From NCBI RefSeq assembly GCF_009914755.1, contig NC_060925.1: a DNA stretch of 64,000 bases. The stretch is one strand, 5' to 3'. Numbering within the stretch: position 1 is the first letter of the stretch; the number at the start of each line of letters is the position of its first letter. The notes beneath the pieces are model-generated. The model was not told the DNA's origin. It saw only the letters and a list, made by a program, of their open reading frames with translations, and did not search any database. This document shows, piece after piece, positions 29,168 through 43,379 of this stretch. The stretch is from the human T2T-CHM13v2.0 reference genome, Homo sapiens. Made by a program: the position numbers and the translations under genes.

Positions 29168-32084
29168 AAGATATGGTGAGTATGTAAGCTTTCTGTTAGG
29201 TACACTCACTTTTTTGTAGAAAGTTGGTTTTTGGAGGGTTTCTTTGCTTCTGCAGATTGTGTGGTGAAGAGAAGTTGGCAGAAGGTGAATCCTGGAAGAT
29301 GAGATGTTAAAGGAGTGGCCCACTGGAAGGGGTAGAAAAGGGGGCAGGTAACAGGTTATTTGCATGGGGTTTGGTAAGCCAAGGCCAGGTCTACCCATAG
29401 AGCATCCTGAAGGAGACACAAACAGATAATTTCTGGGCTCTCCTCAGTTAAAAGGAGACTGAAGTCTTAGTGCAGGAAGGAGTTCAAGGCCTAAAACCCA
29501 GACCTTACAGTGGGTAATGTGGCTTGCTCTGTAGGGAACAGTTGCCTCAAGTGGTGATATCAGCTGTTTCTGGAAACTGACATAGTGAGAGTATAAAAGA
29601 CAGTAAACCTGCAATTCTTGCCCTACTGCTTTGGCAAATATTTCATTGTTTATGTGCTGCCAAGACCCCCGGATTTCGGGCACACCTCTCTCAGATCCAG
29701 TGGGAGCGGTGGAGAGTCACATTCACCCACTGGCTTGATCAGGTGAAAAGATCTCTTTGCACCTTGTATGTGCTGCTTCAGTTGCAAACCAAATAAGAGG
29801 AATATTGGACCATGTCCAGGTCATGCATTATACTTGAAAATTATTGAATTCTGGAATTTTACCTAACTCAGGCCTTCAAACACAAGCAGCATCTCAGAAG
29901 AGCAGCTCTCCGCTTGAAAGAAGACAGTAGAGAAGATGTGCTAAGGTGCTGTGGCTGTTTTGCACCCTGTATGAGCTATCCACCCCAGTTTACGTTTGGC
30001 TTGTTTATACAGAATTATGTAGGCCTTTCATACTTTGCTATAGGTTAAAAATGTCTAACTTAAAAATCATTAAAAGTTCTAGAAATTACTGCAGTTCTTT
30101 TTTTCTATTGCACATCTTTTTTGAGAAAGCAGCATATAACATTACCTTTAAGAACATTCAAGGTGTCTTACTCTACGTTTAAATAGGTTACAAATAGATG
30201 GAGGGTGAGGGTCCATGAGGACCACCTCTGCATCAGCTCTATGTCCTCAGGCTCTCAGTACAGAGCCTACCTTTCTTTGGTTGATTTTAATTTAATCGAA
30301 CCGCTCTGAAACCTTCATGAATGAATCCTCATACCCTCTCCTCAAAAGATAAATATTCAGAACAGCTACCATCTTTTACAAACAAACTGAGCAGAATGTG
30401 TTGCCAAAATAGGCTTGTTCAAGCTTCCCAGGTTGTGGAAGTTAGTGTGTTCATATTTACTGTGCTGCCCACCATTAAGCTATCATGGAGCATGCGTTTT
30501 CCCCACTCACCCAGACATTATTCCTAAAGAGCTATTCTTTGTTGTTGTCAGAACACACTTTAGTCTCTGAGGGGAAAATAAGTTGGTGATTCGTATCAAC
30601 TGGAAATGATCTTTTGTTTTATGTGAATGAAGCTCTTGTGAGAAAAGGTACAGACGGTCAGAAGGAAAGAAGGAGAGGGATTGCCTGCTGCCTCCCCGCG
30701 TGCACACACGAGAGTGGGTGCTCCCACCAGCTTTCAGGGGGCTTTCTTCACGAATGTGAGCACTGATTTTGGGAGATCTGCAGTGGAAAGTCAAGTCATG
30801 AATATTTTTTATAAAGAGAGAAATGATGTAATTTTATCACAGAAGATATTTCAGATGTATTTTTCCATTTTAAAAATTCATTGGCAGTGCTCATACAAGA
30901 GAATTACTTGAGCTGAAAATGACTCTGTCCAGTTTCTTCCTATTTCGTTAATGATTTTGCAGCCACTGAATTCTTTCTAAAAGTTGTATAACCCAGATAA
31001 AGTCAGGCCTCCTGGAAGCCAGCTTCAGCCCAGAGACATACGAAAAGAAGCACCAAATATCACTGAAAACCAATTTAAATTTATACTGAATAATCTCATT
31101 CATAAACCACAGCACAACATTCTGAAGCCTGCCCCTCCAAGAATCTATAGCTCTCTGCCACTCTGATGACTTTTCATCTGTCTCTCTTCTACCTCAAAAA
31201 TCTCTCATCTCTCTCATCTTCTGCAAAACTTTCCCTCCTGCTCAGCCTACTCTGGGCTTTCAGTGCCTCGCTGTATCTATTCTATGCCGCTCATTAGCTT
31301 TGCTCTTTCCGATGTCAATCCAGACCGCCACAATTCTCCCACTAACCTCCTCACCCCTTCCCCAATCTGCATCACAAAAGTGCACTAGCCCATCTGGCCA
31401 AAGGCAGCTCTCCTCCACCAGGTGGCTTGGGGGTGGGGGCCTGAGATGCTCAAAGGCTAATGCTTTATTCTGTGATGGTTGTTATCTGAGAATTTTTCAT
31501 TCACCGAAATTCACTTAAGACCAAATCCAATTAAATGAATTAAGTCAGATGCGCATAAAGATCATTAAGATATATTTCTTCCTTAAGACATGCATCCATG
31601 CGTGTATGTCTATGCGTTCTCTCTCTCTCTCTCACCTTTGGCCAAATTGTTAAATGTTCAGAAGGCAGTCACACAAATGAAGAAGAGTTTTTGGAATGAT
31701 CATATAATTTCCTAATCCTAACAGCCATCCTGTAAATCCATAACCGTCAGTCTCGATGGCAGTGAAGAAGTAACTACAGATGAGTCAGCAGACATTTATT
31801 CCTAGCCCTGGAAAAACAACTCATGTTTTAGGTCCTCCTGATGATGGTGGAGTTTCATTGATTTCATATACAAAGGAGGGCATGTGAGATACTATATTAG
31901 TATCTTTTCATATTTGCTGTTATTGCAATATAGTTTACCCTGAAAAAGAACATCACTGTTTGTGGAAATGATGCATTTTGTGAAGTGCTGTAGTCCTGCA
32001 GGTTTTGTAATGGATATCAGTATACAAAGAGAACTTTTCATTTTATCAGAAATTTACTTCACTACCCATTTGTGGGAAACACTA

Positions 32085-32312
32085 ATAAGAGCATGGGCTC
32101 TGAATCAGACCACTGGGTTCAAGGCCTGGCCCAGTCCCACCACTCTGTAGATGTACAGCTAGATAACTGTGCCTTAGTTCCTTTTCTTTATGATGGAGAC
32201 ATTAATGGTTCCACTTCATAAAGCTGTTGTCAGCATTAAATGGGTTATATGTGAAACTTTCAGAACTAGATCCAGAACATTGAAAGGGCTCTGTAAATGG
32301 TAGCTCTCATTT
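32085..32312 (+). mobile_element. MIR
   Basis: aagagcatgggctctgaatcagaccactgggttcaa...cattaaatgggttatatgtgaaa. Confidence 0.7.
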
Positions 32313-32405
32313 ATCCTCCTCCTCCTCCTCTTCTGCCTCCTCTCCTTCTTCCTCCTACCCCTCTTCTTCCTCCTCCCCTTCCTCCTCCTCCTCTTCCCCT
32401 TTCTG
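32313..32405. repeat. (CCT/CTT)n polypyrimidine tract
   Basis: About 90 nt of almost only C and T. Confidence 0.9.
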
Positions 32406-32918
32406 CTCCTGTTCACTTTAGTGAAGGAAAATATCCTTGATTTTATTGCTTGGCCTTAATGCTAAGAATATATGTCTAAGTTCTAGCAGAATATCAGCAG
32501 GCCTTAAAATGAAGTTACTTTAAGACAAGTTGTAAAGACATTGCATTAATTACCATATATTGGAGAAAAACTTCAGTTTTCTCCTTTTAGATGCAGTGGT
32601 GGTCAAATCATCATTTTAACGCAAGATTTCACAGCATTTCCTTTGGATATCACATGAATTCCTAACTTAAGTAGCACAGGGCTGGTATTCTCCCACTGAT
32701 AAAGGCCCCAGAGAGGTGACAAGAGAGGATATGGTAGTTTTTCTGATGTTATCCATGAAGGCTAGATGTACTTCTAACTTTTGCTCATCTCTCTGTGATT
32801 TACAAAGGATTATGATTTGGAAATGTGTCCACATTCTTTCTGATATACTTTATTCCTACATCATCTCCTGAAAAAATTACTTCTTGTGCTTTGTGGTAGG
32901 AAAAAAAAAAAAACTGAC

Positions 32919-33070
32919 TTGGTAGTTAAGAGCCTGTCTCTAGACTCAGACCAACCAGGATTTGAGCCCAGCACTACCCTGTGACTAACCAACCAAGGAC
33001 AAATCTCTCTGCAACTGTAAAAGAGAGTCATGATACTGGCCTCATAGGGTAGACATGAGGATTAAGTCAA
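32919..33070 (+). mobile_element. MIR
   Basis: gttaagagcctgtctctagactcagac...ctgtaaaa...cctcataggg...gaggattaa. Confidence 0.65.
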
Positions 33071-35339
33071 AGCAGGGGAGAGGATAGCTGACTAGGACAG
33101 CCTTTTATCCTGAGTGGTTACCAAGGATAACAGGAATCCTGCTAGGAGTAATTGAGAGGATTTAGCTGACCTGCGACTTCAAGAGTCCCAGCAGTTCTTC
33201 AGTGGGTGGAAAATGAGCAGTAGGAGAGTCAGAGAAGGACTCTTGGGAAATTAGATAAATGTCTCTCAGAACAACCATGCGTGTCTTCCCTTTCTGGAAG
33301 TGGCTCTGAATCCTTGGCCACTCATTCTGTTCCTTGATTGGGAATGATTACTGTACAGCACAGGTGTTAAGCCCCCTCCTGCTATAGAGAGCCTTGGTTT
33401 GCAGTGCACCTTCCTAAAAGAGTCCAGGCTGGATTTGGATCTGGTTGTGTCTTTTGTCGGAGCTTGTCAGAAGATGAATGTTCCAGGGCCCTTAATGACT
33501 GGATAATAGTTCCTTGGTCACTGAATAATGAACCCCAGATGAATGAAGGAAATGTGTTGTCTGGCCTCGGGAATGATGAAATGATTCAGGAATGGGGCCT
33601 GCAGGTCCTGGACCTCTTAATTATTAAAGGTGCTGTCGTGACAGAAGCTTTATCATTTTGATCCTTCTTATAGAACCTCTGAACCCTAAGGTCACCCTTT
33701 CCTCCTTGCAGCTGAGGGCGCCTTTCATCTTGTGCTCTCAAAAACATGGGCAAGACCCTAGGATTGCTAAGAGACTATATCATCCTGTGCATATGCATCT
33801 CAGCTCATTCAGTTCACCCAGAGAGGTCTATACTCAATCTCCACAGCACACAGCTGGGAAGTCACAAAGCCAGGTGCAGAAGAGAAAGGTCTTTTGAAGC
33901 CAGTGCTGTGTTCGTTGTAATTCACTGGTGTGCTGTTTCAGTGACAGTTAAAGGAGAAGGAGCTGGGATCATGATTCAGTGGCATTCTCTTTTTCCCCTA
34001 GGATAAGTCATGACTGCTCCTCATTCTGAGGACAGTGATGCCTCCTGGTCTTCAGGTGAAGGCATGTCTGTTGGAGGAGGCAGGAAACAAGGCCCTGGGA
34101 TATGTTGCATCTTAAGCCTCATACCCCCAGCCCCCCGGCAGCTGACCCTTCTTCCCTCTTGAGACTTGCTGTGACTTCTCTGGCTCCTTCCTAGTCTTCC
34201 CCATGTGTTCTTCCTCACCTGCCTCAACAGACTGGTCCATCTCAGGATGTATTAATCAATTCCACCTTTGCCTTTTTTCAGAGAGAGGCAGAAAGCCCTG
34301 GATTAAGCTGGTTAGGAGTCTCCCCAGAGGAGATGCTTGAGGACAGGCCAGAGGAAAGAGGCTTAGCCTATTAATGGCAGCTTCAGTGCCTGGACACTGG
34401 CCAGGGAGGCCATATCACCTTCAGAATGGAGCCTGACTCCTTAGTAAGACTTGTATAAGGTCTTCGGTTCCTGTAGCCCTATCAGCCTTTTCTTGTTACA
34501 CCTGTCTTACCTCCTGGAATTCTTCATGTCTGCCATGTTGCATGACTTGCTGTTCCCCCCATTTGCTGTGCTCCCTTTGGCTTTGGAATTCACTGACCCC
34601 TTGCCCGAAAGCTCCTTCCCACACATAGGAGCTGTGTTCCTTAGGACTCCACTGAGATATATCACGTCCTCCAAGACTCCGCTTAACCTTGATTAGGGGT
34701 CTCTTCTTTCTATTCTTATAACCACCACCCCCACATGTGCTTTTCATGGCCATAAAAACTGTACACACTACTTTCTTATTTTCTTACATCCTCTCCTACT
34801 CGCCATTAACTCCTTTAGAACAGGGACTGACTGCTTCCTTTCCTAGACATATTCCCAGGGCTGAGTGTTGTCTCTGGCACACAGTAGGTGCTTTATAAAT
34901 ATTGTTGAAGTAAAGAAGAAACACAGAAAGGATAGCAGGGGATAGTGCCCAGCACTTGACTCAAGGACAGAAAGCAGATAGTTTCTTCCATCTTTATGTC
35001 TGGACTAAAATCAAGAGGTATTTTTGCTCAGACCTTTTTGGGCCAGAAGTGTCCCCATAAAATGGTGTGATTTGTGGGAGTTCATAGAAGTCAATAAGAA
35101 AAACACCACACCTCTAATAAGAAAAAAAGGGCAAAGGATATGAAGAGACACTTCACAAATAAAGAAATACAAATAAATGATCAACACATAGGAAAAGTAT
35201 CCAGTGTCACTAGTAAATTTTAAAACATTAAACAAAAATAAAAATTAGATACCATTTTCATCCTTCAATTTATTACATATTTTACAAAATGATAATACCC
35301 TTTATTAGTGAGGCTGCACTGAGATGAGTCTTACACCAC

Positions 35340-35686
35340 TGTGTTAGTTCATTTGTGCTGCTGTAACAAAATGCCACAGACTGGGTAATTTGCAAACAAT
35401 GGAAATTTATTTTTCACGGTTCTAGAGGCTGGGATGTCCAAGACCAAGGTGCCTGCATTTTGTATCTGATGAGAGTCCGCTTGTGCCTTCACATGGCAGA
35501 AAGTGGAAAGCAAGCAGGCTAAATTCACGCCTGCAAGGCCTTTTACAAGGGGCTGTAATCCCATTCATGAGGGTGGAGCCCTCATGACTTCATCACCTTC
35601 CAAAGGCCCCACCTCTCAATACCACCGTCATGGGAATTAAATTCAACATGAATTTTGGAGGGAACGTCAACATTCAAACCATAGCA
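35340..35686 (-). mobile_element. MaLR solo LTR (MST/MLT1A-like) with 5-bp TSD
   Basis: TG...CA ends (tgtgttagttc...aaaccatagca); TSD ACCAC at 35335-35339 and 35687-35691; abuts an L1M fragment at about 35060-35335. Confidence 0.88.
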
Positions 35687-36023
35687 ACCACCAAGCAATA
35701 ATAAGCACCACCACAGGGCTTTTCATTTCTTTTTTTTTTCGTTTGCTTGTTTATCTATGATTTAAATGTAAATAAGCATTAGGTTTCAGTAGTGAATAAG
35801 GATACAAAAGGCATATGAGAATTGCTGTCTTAGTGACATTAACATTTTTGGATTATGAGGTATCATAAGGGATATTTACAAATATGTACAGTCTTTATAC
35901 TTCCCCTCGTAGAGATACAGTGGTCAGACACCTTTCATGTCTAGTCTCTGCAAACTTAAAGACATAATTTTCCTGCTTGTTACTTTTAACAAATCATATT
36001 TTTAGATTATTAGAACTTAACGT

Positions 36024-36346
<323 letters not shown>

Positions 36347-38532
36347 TTATTTTGAAATGTTTGCCTCTATTAGGTTAATTTGAAGCAAACTCTGGAAGGA
36401 ACTGAGAATATTTTATACTAAGTGTACCAAAGCTTCTTGTTAGGAAGTTTATAACTACCCTAAAAGTTGCTTAATAATGACTATTACATTGGAACTGACT
36501 AAATCACTTTCTACTAGTGAGGACAGTAGTTATCGTTCAGGGACTTCCTGACTCAGGGAATTGATAGTGGTATATGAGGTTCTTTAGCTGAGTCTTTGTG
36601 TGTAAGTTTACTCCAAATTTAGAGTCAGCCCTAGTTATCTGTGGTCAGTCAAGTAGAAGATGGGTTCTCAGAGCATTAGTCTTCCCCTCAAGACAGCTGG
36701 TTTTCCTTGGGCGCTCTCTGCTGTCCTCCGTCCCCTCTCCTCTACATCCCTGCATCGCTTAGTACAGAGCCCAGCACATAGGTACTCAGACTGTACTGAG
36801 TGTACACCTTCCAGATGAGGACAGTGTAGAAGTAAACCATAGTTAGCTATGCTGAAGTGATTGACGCCTTCACTCTTCTCTGCTCTTTAATTCCTCTCCA
36901 ACAAACTTGTGTTCAACCCAATAAAGATGTTAGGTTCTGACCTATTGCTAGCTACAAAACTAGAACTCGTGGGTCAGACCCCATTCCTTCCAAGCTTTGC
37001 AGATAGAAGATCTGCCACGAGGTTACCTTTGTATTTAATAGAACTGACTTTTAAATGAATCAACTAGAGAAATGGTTGCTGGAATGAGTTTGGCATGTCA
37101 GGATTATTAAAAAGTTAAAAATTTTCATAGATGTACATGTTCAAGGGAGAAGCAGGAAAAACGGCAGAAACAGACTGTACCCACTACTGTTTGAGATCAG
37201 AAGGGATCTTACAGTTTTCTAAAATGATGAAAATTTGAATCTACTCTGACACCTTCTCACGTAGTCTTCTTTTGATCAATGCCACTGAACAATCCCAGCC
37301 CCACTTGGATGTAATCTGAGGAATAAAATGCTAAAAATATCACCCAGGCGTTGCTTTTACCCCAGATCTATTTTGACTAGCACAGCCTGCAACTGTTTAC
37401 ATGCAGAGAACAGGAGTCAGCCTACTGTTCCCGACGTGCATTTTAATAAGCCACCTGACAAGATCAACAGGAAGAAAAGAAAAATTGGGAACAGGTGCAA
37501 GGAAGCTGGGGGGAGCCGAAGGAAGACAGGTCCTGTGTCTCCCTTCTCTTCCTCGAGTTGGCACGTTTTTCTGCGCCAGGACCCTCTGGCTGTAACGGTG
37601 GCTGTCTCCATTTCTTCCAGTGTGGGCTCTGATAAAGGGAACCTAAAGTCTCAAATTAATCCCCCATGTCTTCAACAAAAGGAAAACTGGATTTTGGTAG
37701 TGATTGTTTTACTGTCGTAACCCAAAATGCTTCATTCATTCGCTCAGAGGCTGGTTGGTGAGGTAGGACGTTCCTGATGGCTGCCTTGCCTTGGGAATGT
37801 GTGGTGCATTTGCTGATGAGATGTCTGTTTCCAGATGGATATCTTCCTTCCCGGCACCAGCCTTTGAGAATGTGACAGACCATTTTTAAATATTTGCTTT
37901 GTACAAATTGTGGCCTATTGAAGGATCTTGCCCAGCTTTTTTTGTTTTATACCGTGATGGATTTTGTGCGGTGTGTTGTGTAAGTAATAATGATAGGTCT
38001 GGCTTTGTAGTCGTGGCTGTTTGTTTTCTCTTCCTTTGTATCCAATCTTATTGTGTTCCTCTTAACACCACGTTGGCTAGCCAGCCAGGGTTGTTAATGA
38101 CATGTTAAAGCCTATCTTCTGTCTAAATTGGTGGGGATTCTGTCTTGATTTAAAAAATGGCCTGTGTTTAGAATAATGCTGCTTTGAAAGTCATGTAGCC
38201 AGTAGCTTTTCCATTTCATTGGAAAAACATATTGGAAAAGTAGTAATAGTTTGTCCACTACCTTCAATTTAGTTGTGTTCCCTGGAGGGATAAGAAAATG
38301 AAGACTGAATGTCACTGGGCTGTTCAGAGTATGTCTGCACTAGTCTGTGGCTTGGCAGACGGGAGAGGACAGTGGGCAAGTGCAAGGGCATCTCCTCCCT
38401 AGGAGAAACCTTCACTACACAGTGGGCAAGGGGCCATCTGGGTCTTTCAGAAGGTTCTGCTTAGGTCCAAAAATGTTACCCTCTTCCCCATCCTACAGAC
38501 AAAATCATAGAATCCACTTGTGATACATAAAG

Positions 38533-38534
<2 letters not shown>

Positions 38535-38576
<42 letters not shown>

Positions 38577-38625
38577 GCCATATATATATAGACATGTATA
38601 TATTCACCTATATATATTTATATCA
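38535..38625. repeat. (AT)17 microsatellite with degenerate extension
   Basis: Perfect run from 38535 to 38569. Confidence 0.95.
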
Positions 38626-38708
38626 GTGTTCTGTGTATTTAAATAATTAGAAACTCACCATTAGCAATTAAGTTCACAATTTAGTTCAGTTAAAGTTTAT
38701 TAATAGTA

Positions 38709-39025
<317 letters not shown>

Positions 39026-40815
39026 TTATCTCAGTCTGCCAGGATTTATAAATATTAATGTCCCAAACTGAAGTTAGGGAGGCCCATTTTTACCTTTTTT
39101 TTTTACCTTTTATTTTTATCTCTGTGTAATTGTGTTGGGGGCAAATTTGTCAGTGTCTTCTCTTTTTTAATTAGCAATTGTTTTTCCAAATTCTCAGTAA
39201 ATAATCCTTCATCAAATTTGTCAGTATTATTAATTTACATTCATTTTTGTCTCTTCGAAATACCAAGTTGGTATGTAGAATTCTTTTGTATTGTAATTGT
39301 GGATCAGAATCTGCTGATTAACTTGTTAATATATTTAGGACCTGGTATTCCTAAAGGGCTCATTACTGAACCTCACACTAGTCTTTCTAATATCTTTACA
39401 AAAAAATAGAATCAATAATAACTCTAAATTGTCAGGTGGAAAAAACAGTTGGCTTAGTGAACATGAAGTCTTTATTCAGATACATGCAAATGTATTACAT
39501 TCTTAAGAATGATAATTTTGAGAAACATTTGAACAGCATAATTACTTGCAGAAATATTACTGTAACGAACATCTTTGGGAGTTGTGTGTTAAGGGGTGAT
39601 ATGATGAGGAAACCTGAAACTATATTAGAAAGTGGTGTTATAGATACTAAGATAAGAAATTAAATAAGAGTATAGTCTTTTTACCCATTTAATCATAGTT
39701 AATAAGAAAATATATTGCAACTTTCTGAACTGAAATATAAACTCTCTTAGTGATAGACAGCTGTCTTTCAGGTGGTTCCTATAGTTAGACATTACTTCAT
39801 GCTATATGCCAGACAATCGTTAGTTTGTTGGTTGATGATATTTTCTAATTTCACAATTTCTGTGATGTTTCCCACAGATTGGGTTAAGAATGATTCAGAG
39901 TCACACCTATTTTTGACTTTAGTGCGCTCAAATCATTTCCTGTTGACAGGAATCTGATGGAAATGTCATCATAGTGATCAGTCTTCTGGAGAACTGAAGC
40001 TGCAAGTTTTCCTGAGTTTGTTCTATGGTGTATATTGATACTGGGATCTGTGTTCTCTGTCTGGCTGTTGCGGAGGCTAGGTCCCATCCACATCCCACTA
40101 TACTCTCCAGCCTTGACTGATGTACCTACCATTTCATCTGTTAGGTATAATAGCTCTTCATGCATATGACTTTACAGAGAGATTGAATTAAAGTGTATAT
40201 ATACATATATATGAAATAAATATATATATGAAATAAATATATATATTAATGTGAAATAATTGCAGACTGCTAAAATTTAATATAGGGATCACAGAAAGAA
40301 AAGTCTCAATTCTTCAGTTGTTTCTATTTATCAATATAACTCTTTAGTCTTACTCTGTTTTTTCAAAAGGGAAATTAAAGAATGAATATGTCACTGAAAA
40401 TTGTTGGCACAGGCATTTTGGACTAATACTCTCTTGGAGAAAAATAAGAATATTCTCTTGAATCTTATCAGACAGTTCTGTGATATGTCCTAGTGTAACA
40501 TACATTTCAAAAAGTCTTTAGAGATGGAGTATCCTGTTTCCTCTGCAGCATTTGCTCTCTGTGGAAGGACCAGGCAGTGACACTTTGATTAGAAGCATTC
40601 GTGATGCTGAGCTTTTTCTAGTAGACAGAGGAGAGGGGCTCATAAAAAGATCTAAGATGCCTAGTTAAGCTTCTTCCAGATTGTTCCAAATGAACCACAT
40701 ATGAAGGCCACAGGTGAAAGGGTCTAGCAAATTACACTATTGGGATTTTCTGACTGACACTTTTCTACTATTGGGAAAAAAATTATAAAATGTGTTTTCT
40801 TTTTTTGGCACTCAG

Positions 40816-40910
40816 ATGAGTATAGGATCAAACCAGTGGAAGAGGTCAAATACATGAAAAATGGGGCAGAAGAAGAGCAGAAAATAGCAGCCAGGAACCA
40901 AGAAAACTTG
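40816..40910 (+). CDS. C1orf21: C1orf21 second coding exon, (D)EYRIKPVEEVKYMKNGAEEEQKIAARNQENL, ends in phase 0
   Basis: Acceptor ttttcttttttttggcactcAG (40814-40815), donor TTG|GTAAGA at 40911; 95 nt; G+AT completes Asp32 and the frame stays open. Confidence 0.95.
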
Positions 40911-43074
40911 GTAAGAATTGATTTTCTCACTTAACAATGAATTTTGGTGACACTATTGTAATAAAATCTGCACTGCATGTTTTAACTGCAACTTACACAC
41001 TGGCACAAGATTTCTTGAAAATGCTGCAGCTATTTATAGCTTGCCTGGAAGCTGCACCATTACTCCTGTATCCTGTTTGTCTCTGAATAAGCCCTTCTTT
41101 AATCTTGATGGGGAATGCTCCATAAAATATAGCAAAATTATTCGTGTTTTAAAATAGCTAAATTTAAGGGAAAAATAATGAAGTAGGATTGAGGTTTGTG
41201 AGGGGAGGATTGTTTTAGTTTTGTTTTTTTCTACCTCTTCTAACTCATATCCAAATCAGGATGAATGGTTGTTTCATTATTCTAGACATGTAATGTTGAC
41301 AAAGTTGCTTTTCAAAGGAATCAAAGGTCATTTTCAAAGGAAAAGCAACTTACTTCAAGATAAGTCTTTCTCCAGAGAGTCAGTACTTCACATTCACAAT
41401 ATTAAGGGTATTGTGGGTTTTGAGTTTATGTGAGAATTGTGAAGATCTGAAACAGGAAGTTAGGAATCCCTTTTTTGAGTAGGAATCAGTATACACATTC
41501 CATCTTAACATCCCATATCTATAAAAACATTTAGCTAATTATAATATAGATGATTTCTTAAAAGCAGTTACAAATTGTTAAGAATATGTATTTAGTTGTA
41601 TTGGAGCAAAATTGTTTTTGTTGTTTATATTTTATTTTTTGATTACCTATATTTGCTTTTTTCATAACTGAGTTAAAAAGGTATTTTTAAGAAGCTCTCA
41701 ATGTCATATAATACTTTCACTTGACTTAAACTCGTTTTTTTATAATGTGCTTTGTTTTTGTTTTAATGACTTCTGCTACAGCAGAGGAATTTGGCAGAAT
41801 ATTAAGCAGTGCACAGGAGTATTTAGGGCTGTTATTTTCCATTACACATTTGTGAATATTGGAGGCTGATTCTTTCCCCTAATTCTTTTCTGAATATATG
41901 ATCTATAACTTGAAATACTGAAGTATCAACAAGTGAATATTTTAGATCATTTTCAAGGAATGAAAATATACTCTAGATAATGAAGTTTTGCTTCATAAAT
42001 GGGATTTGGATTTTAAAGTATCACTTAAGACACAGAGATTCATCATATCTAGAGTGATAATGTATTTTAACATTAACACTTAAATCCAGGAAAGTAGCTA
42101 TGACTAAATACTAAAAGTTAATATTACCATACTGCCTACATGGTGTTTATTTTGTTTTGAATGGATAAATCGAAGACCTGAGTATTGAAATATCAGTAGT
42201 CATTTTTCTACTTTATTTTACTAAACAACAGAGTTTGTACTTGCTTGATATAGTTTCAGCTTGAGTTATCAATCTCATCCTTAATAATAATATTTACTGT
42301 AGAGGCTAGAGAGCTACTTGTGAGTAGTCTGGCAGTGGTTTCTCCTTAAATCTACTAATGTGTGTCTCTGCTTCACATGCTTATGTCTCTAGAACCAAAG
42401 AAGCAACACCTTGTATAGTTTGTGAGTTTTTTCTCAGTGTGCTTTCATCATCATATTTAGGACCAGTATAACTTTTTTCCTTCTCTCGCAGTTTTGCAAT
42501 CTGTCAACTACTTGGTACTTGGTGTATTCTTTTTCAGCATTGTGGTCAGAATCAGACTGAATAGGAATTTGAAAAGAGAAAAATATTTGGTCATTCTGAT
42601 TTATTTGTGGATTATCTGTGACAAGCCTCGCCCCTTTGCTCTGCCAGCCAGCCAGAGTCCAGGATCCCAGTACACTTCAAGTGTGTAAAGGTTTGCATGG
42701 TGAATGGGGAGTAAATAGCTATCTTTGATCTGAAATTTCTAGACTGTTTTCCAAAATTAAGTGACTGTTCAGTTATTTGGTAATTTGTTGTCTTTGTTAC
42801 CTACTCCATCCTTTGGGGAACATAATCAAGTATTGACCATACACATCATTTGAAAAAATACCAATAGCCTCCTAAACTTGAAGCTTAACATTGGAAGGTG
42901 GATAAAATAGACTTAACAATTCTTTTTTTAAATAAAAAACACTCTTTAAAATAAGTATCGAGAAGTTCTTGATACTTATTTTACGAATGATACTAAGATG
43001 TAGGTTACAGTGTTTTTTAAAAGTTTATTTAAACTCAAACTGTTGCATTGAAGGGGCTCAGCAAACACAACCAA

Positions 43075-43290
43075 GGAAGTATGGCATGATGGTGAGGACT
43101 TAGGGTTTCAGTCTCAGCTCTGCCACTTGCTCACTGTGGAATCAAGTTCTTTATTTCTCTAAACCTCCCACCCATCACGTGAGGAAAAAACAGTGCCTCA
43201 TAGTCCTGTTGTGAGTACTGCGTGAGATGATAGTCGTAAGACTGAGTTCAGTGCTTAGCACATGATAAGCACCACCTGTAAGAGTTAGGC
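43075..43290 (+). mobile_element. MIR
   Basis: cagctctgccacttgctcactgtg...cctcatagtcctgttgtgag...cttagcacatgataagcac. Confidence 0.7.
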
Positions 43291-43379
43291 ATCATCATAC
43301 AAAACAAAAGGAAAGAATAAAGAGTGTTAAAATCAGGTTTCTTTCTTTTTTGCTTTATGTTACTTGGTGAGAGCTTTCT

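Noticed and set aside
32216-32416. Arg/Lys-rich protamine-like ORF
   Set aside because: Reverse translation of the (CCT/CTT)n tract plus MIR sequence.
37328-37720. 130-aa ATG ORF in unique sequence
   Set aside because: No recognisable domain or splice structure; an ORF of this length is plausible by chance.
40724-40930. Minus-strand 68-aa ORF
   Set aside because: Antisense shadow of the real coding exon.
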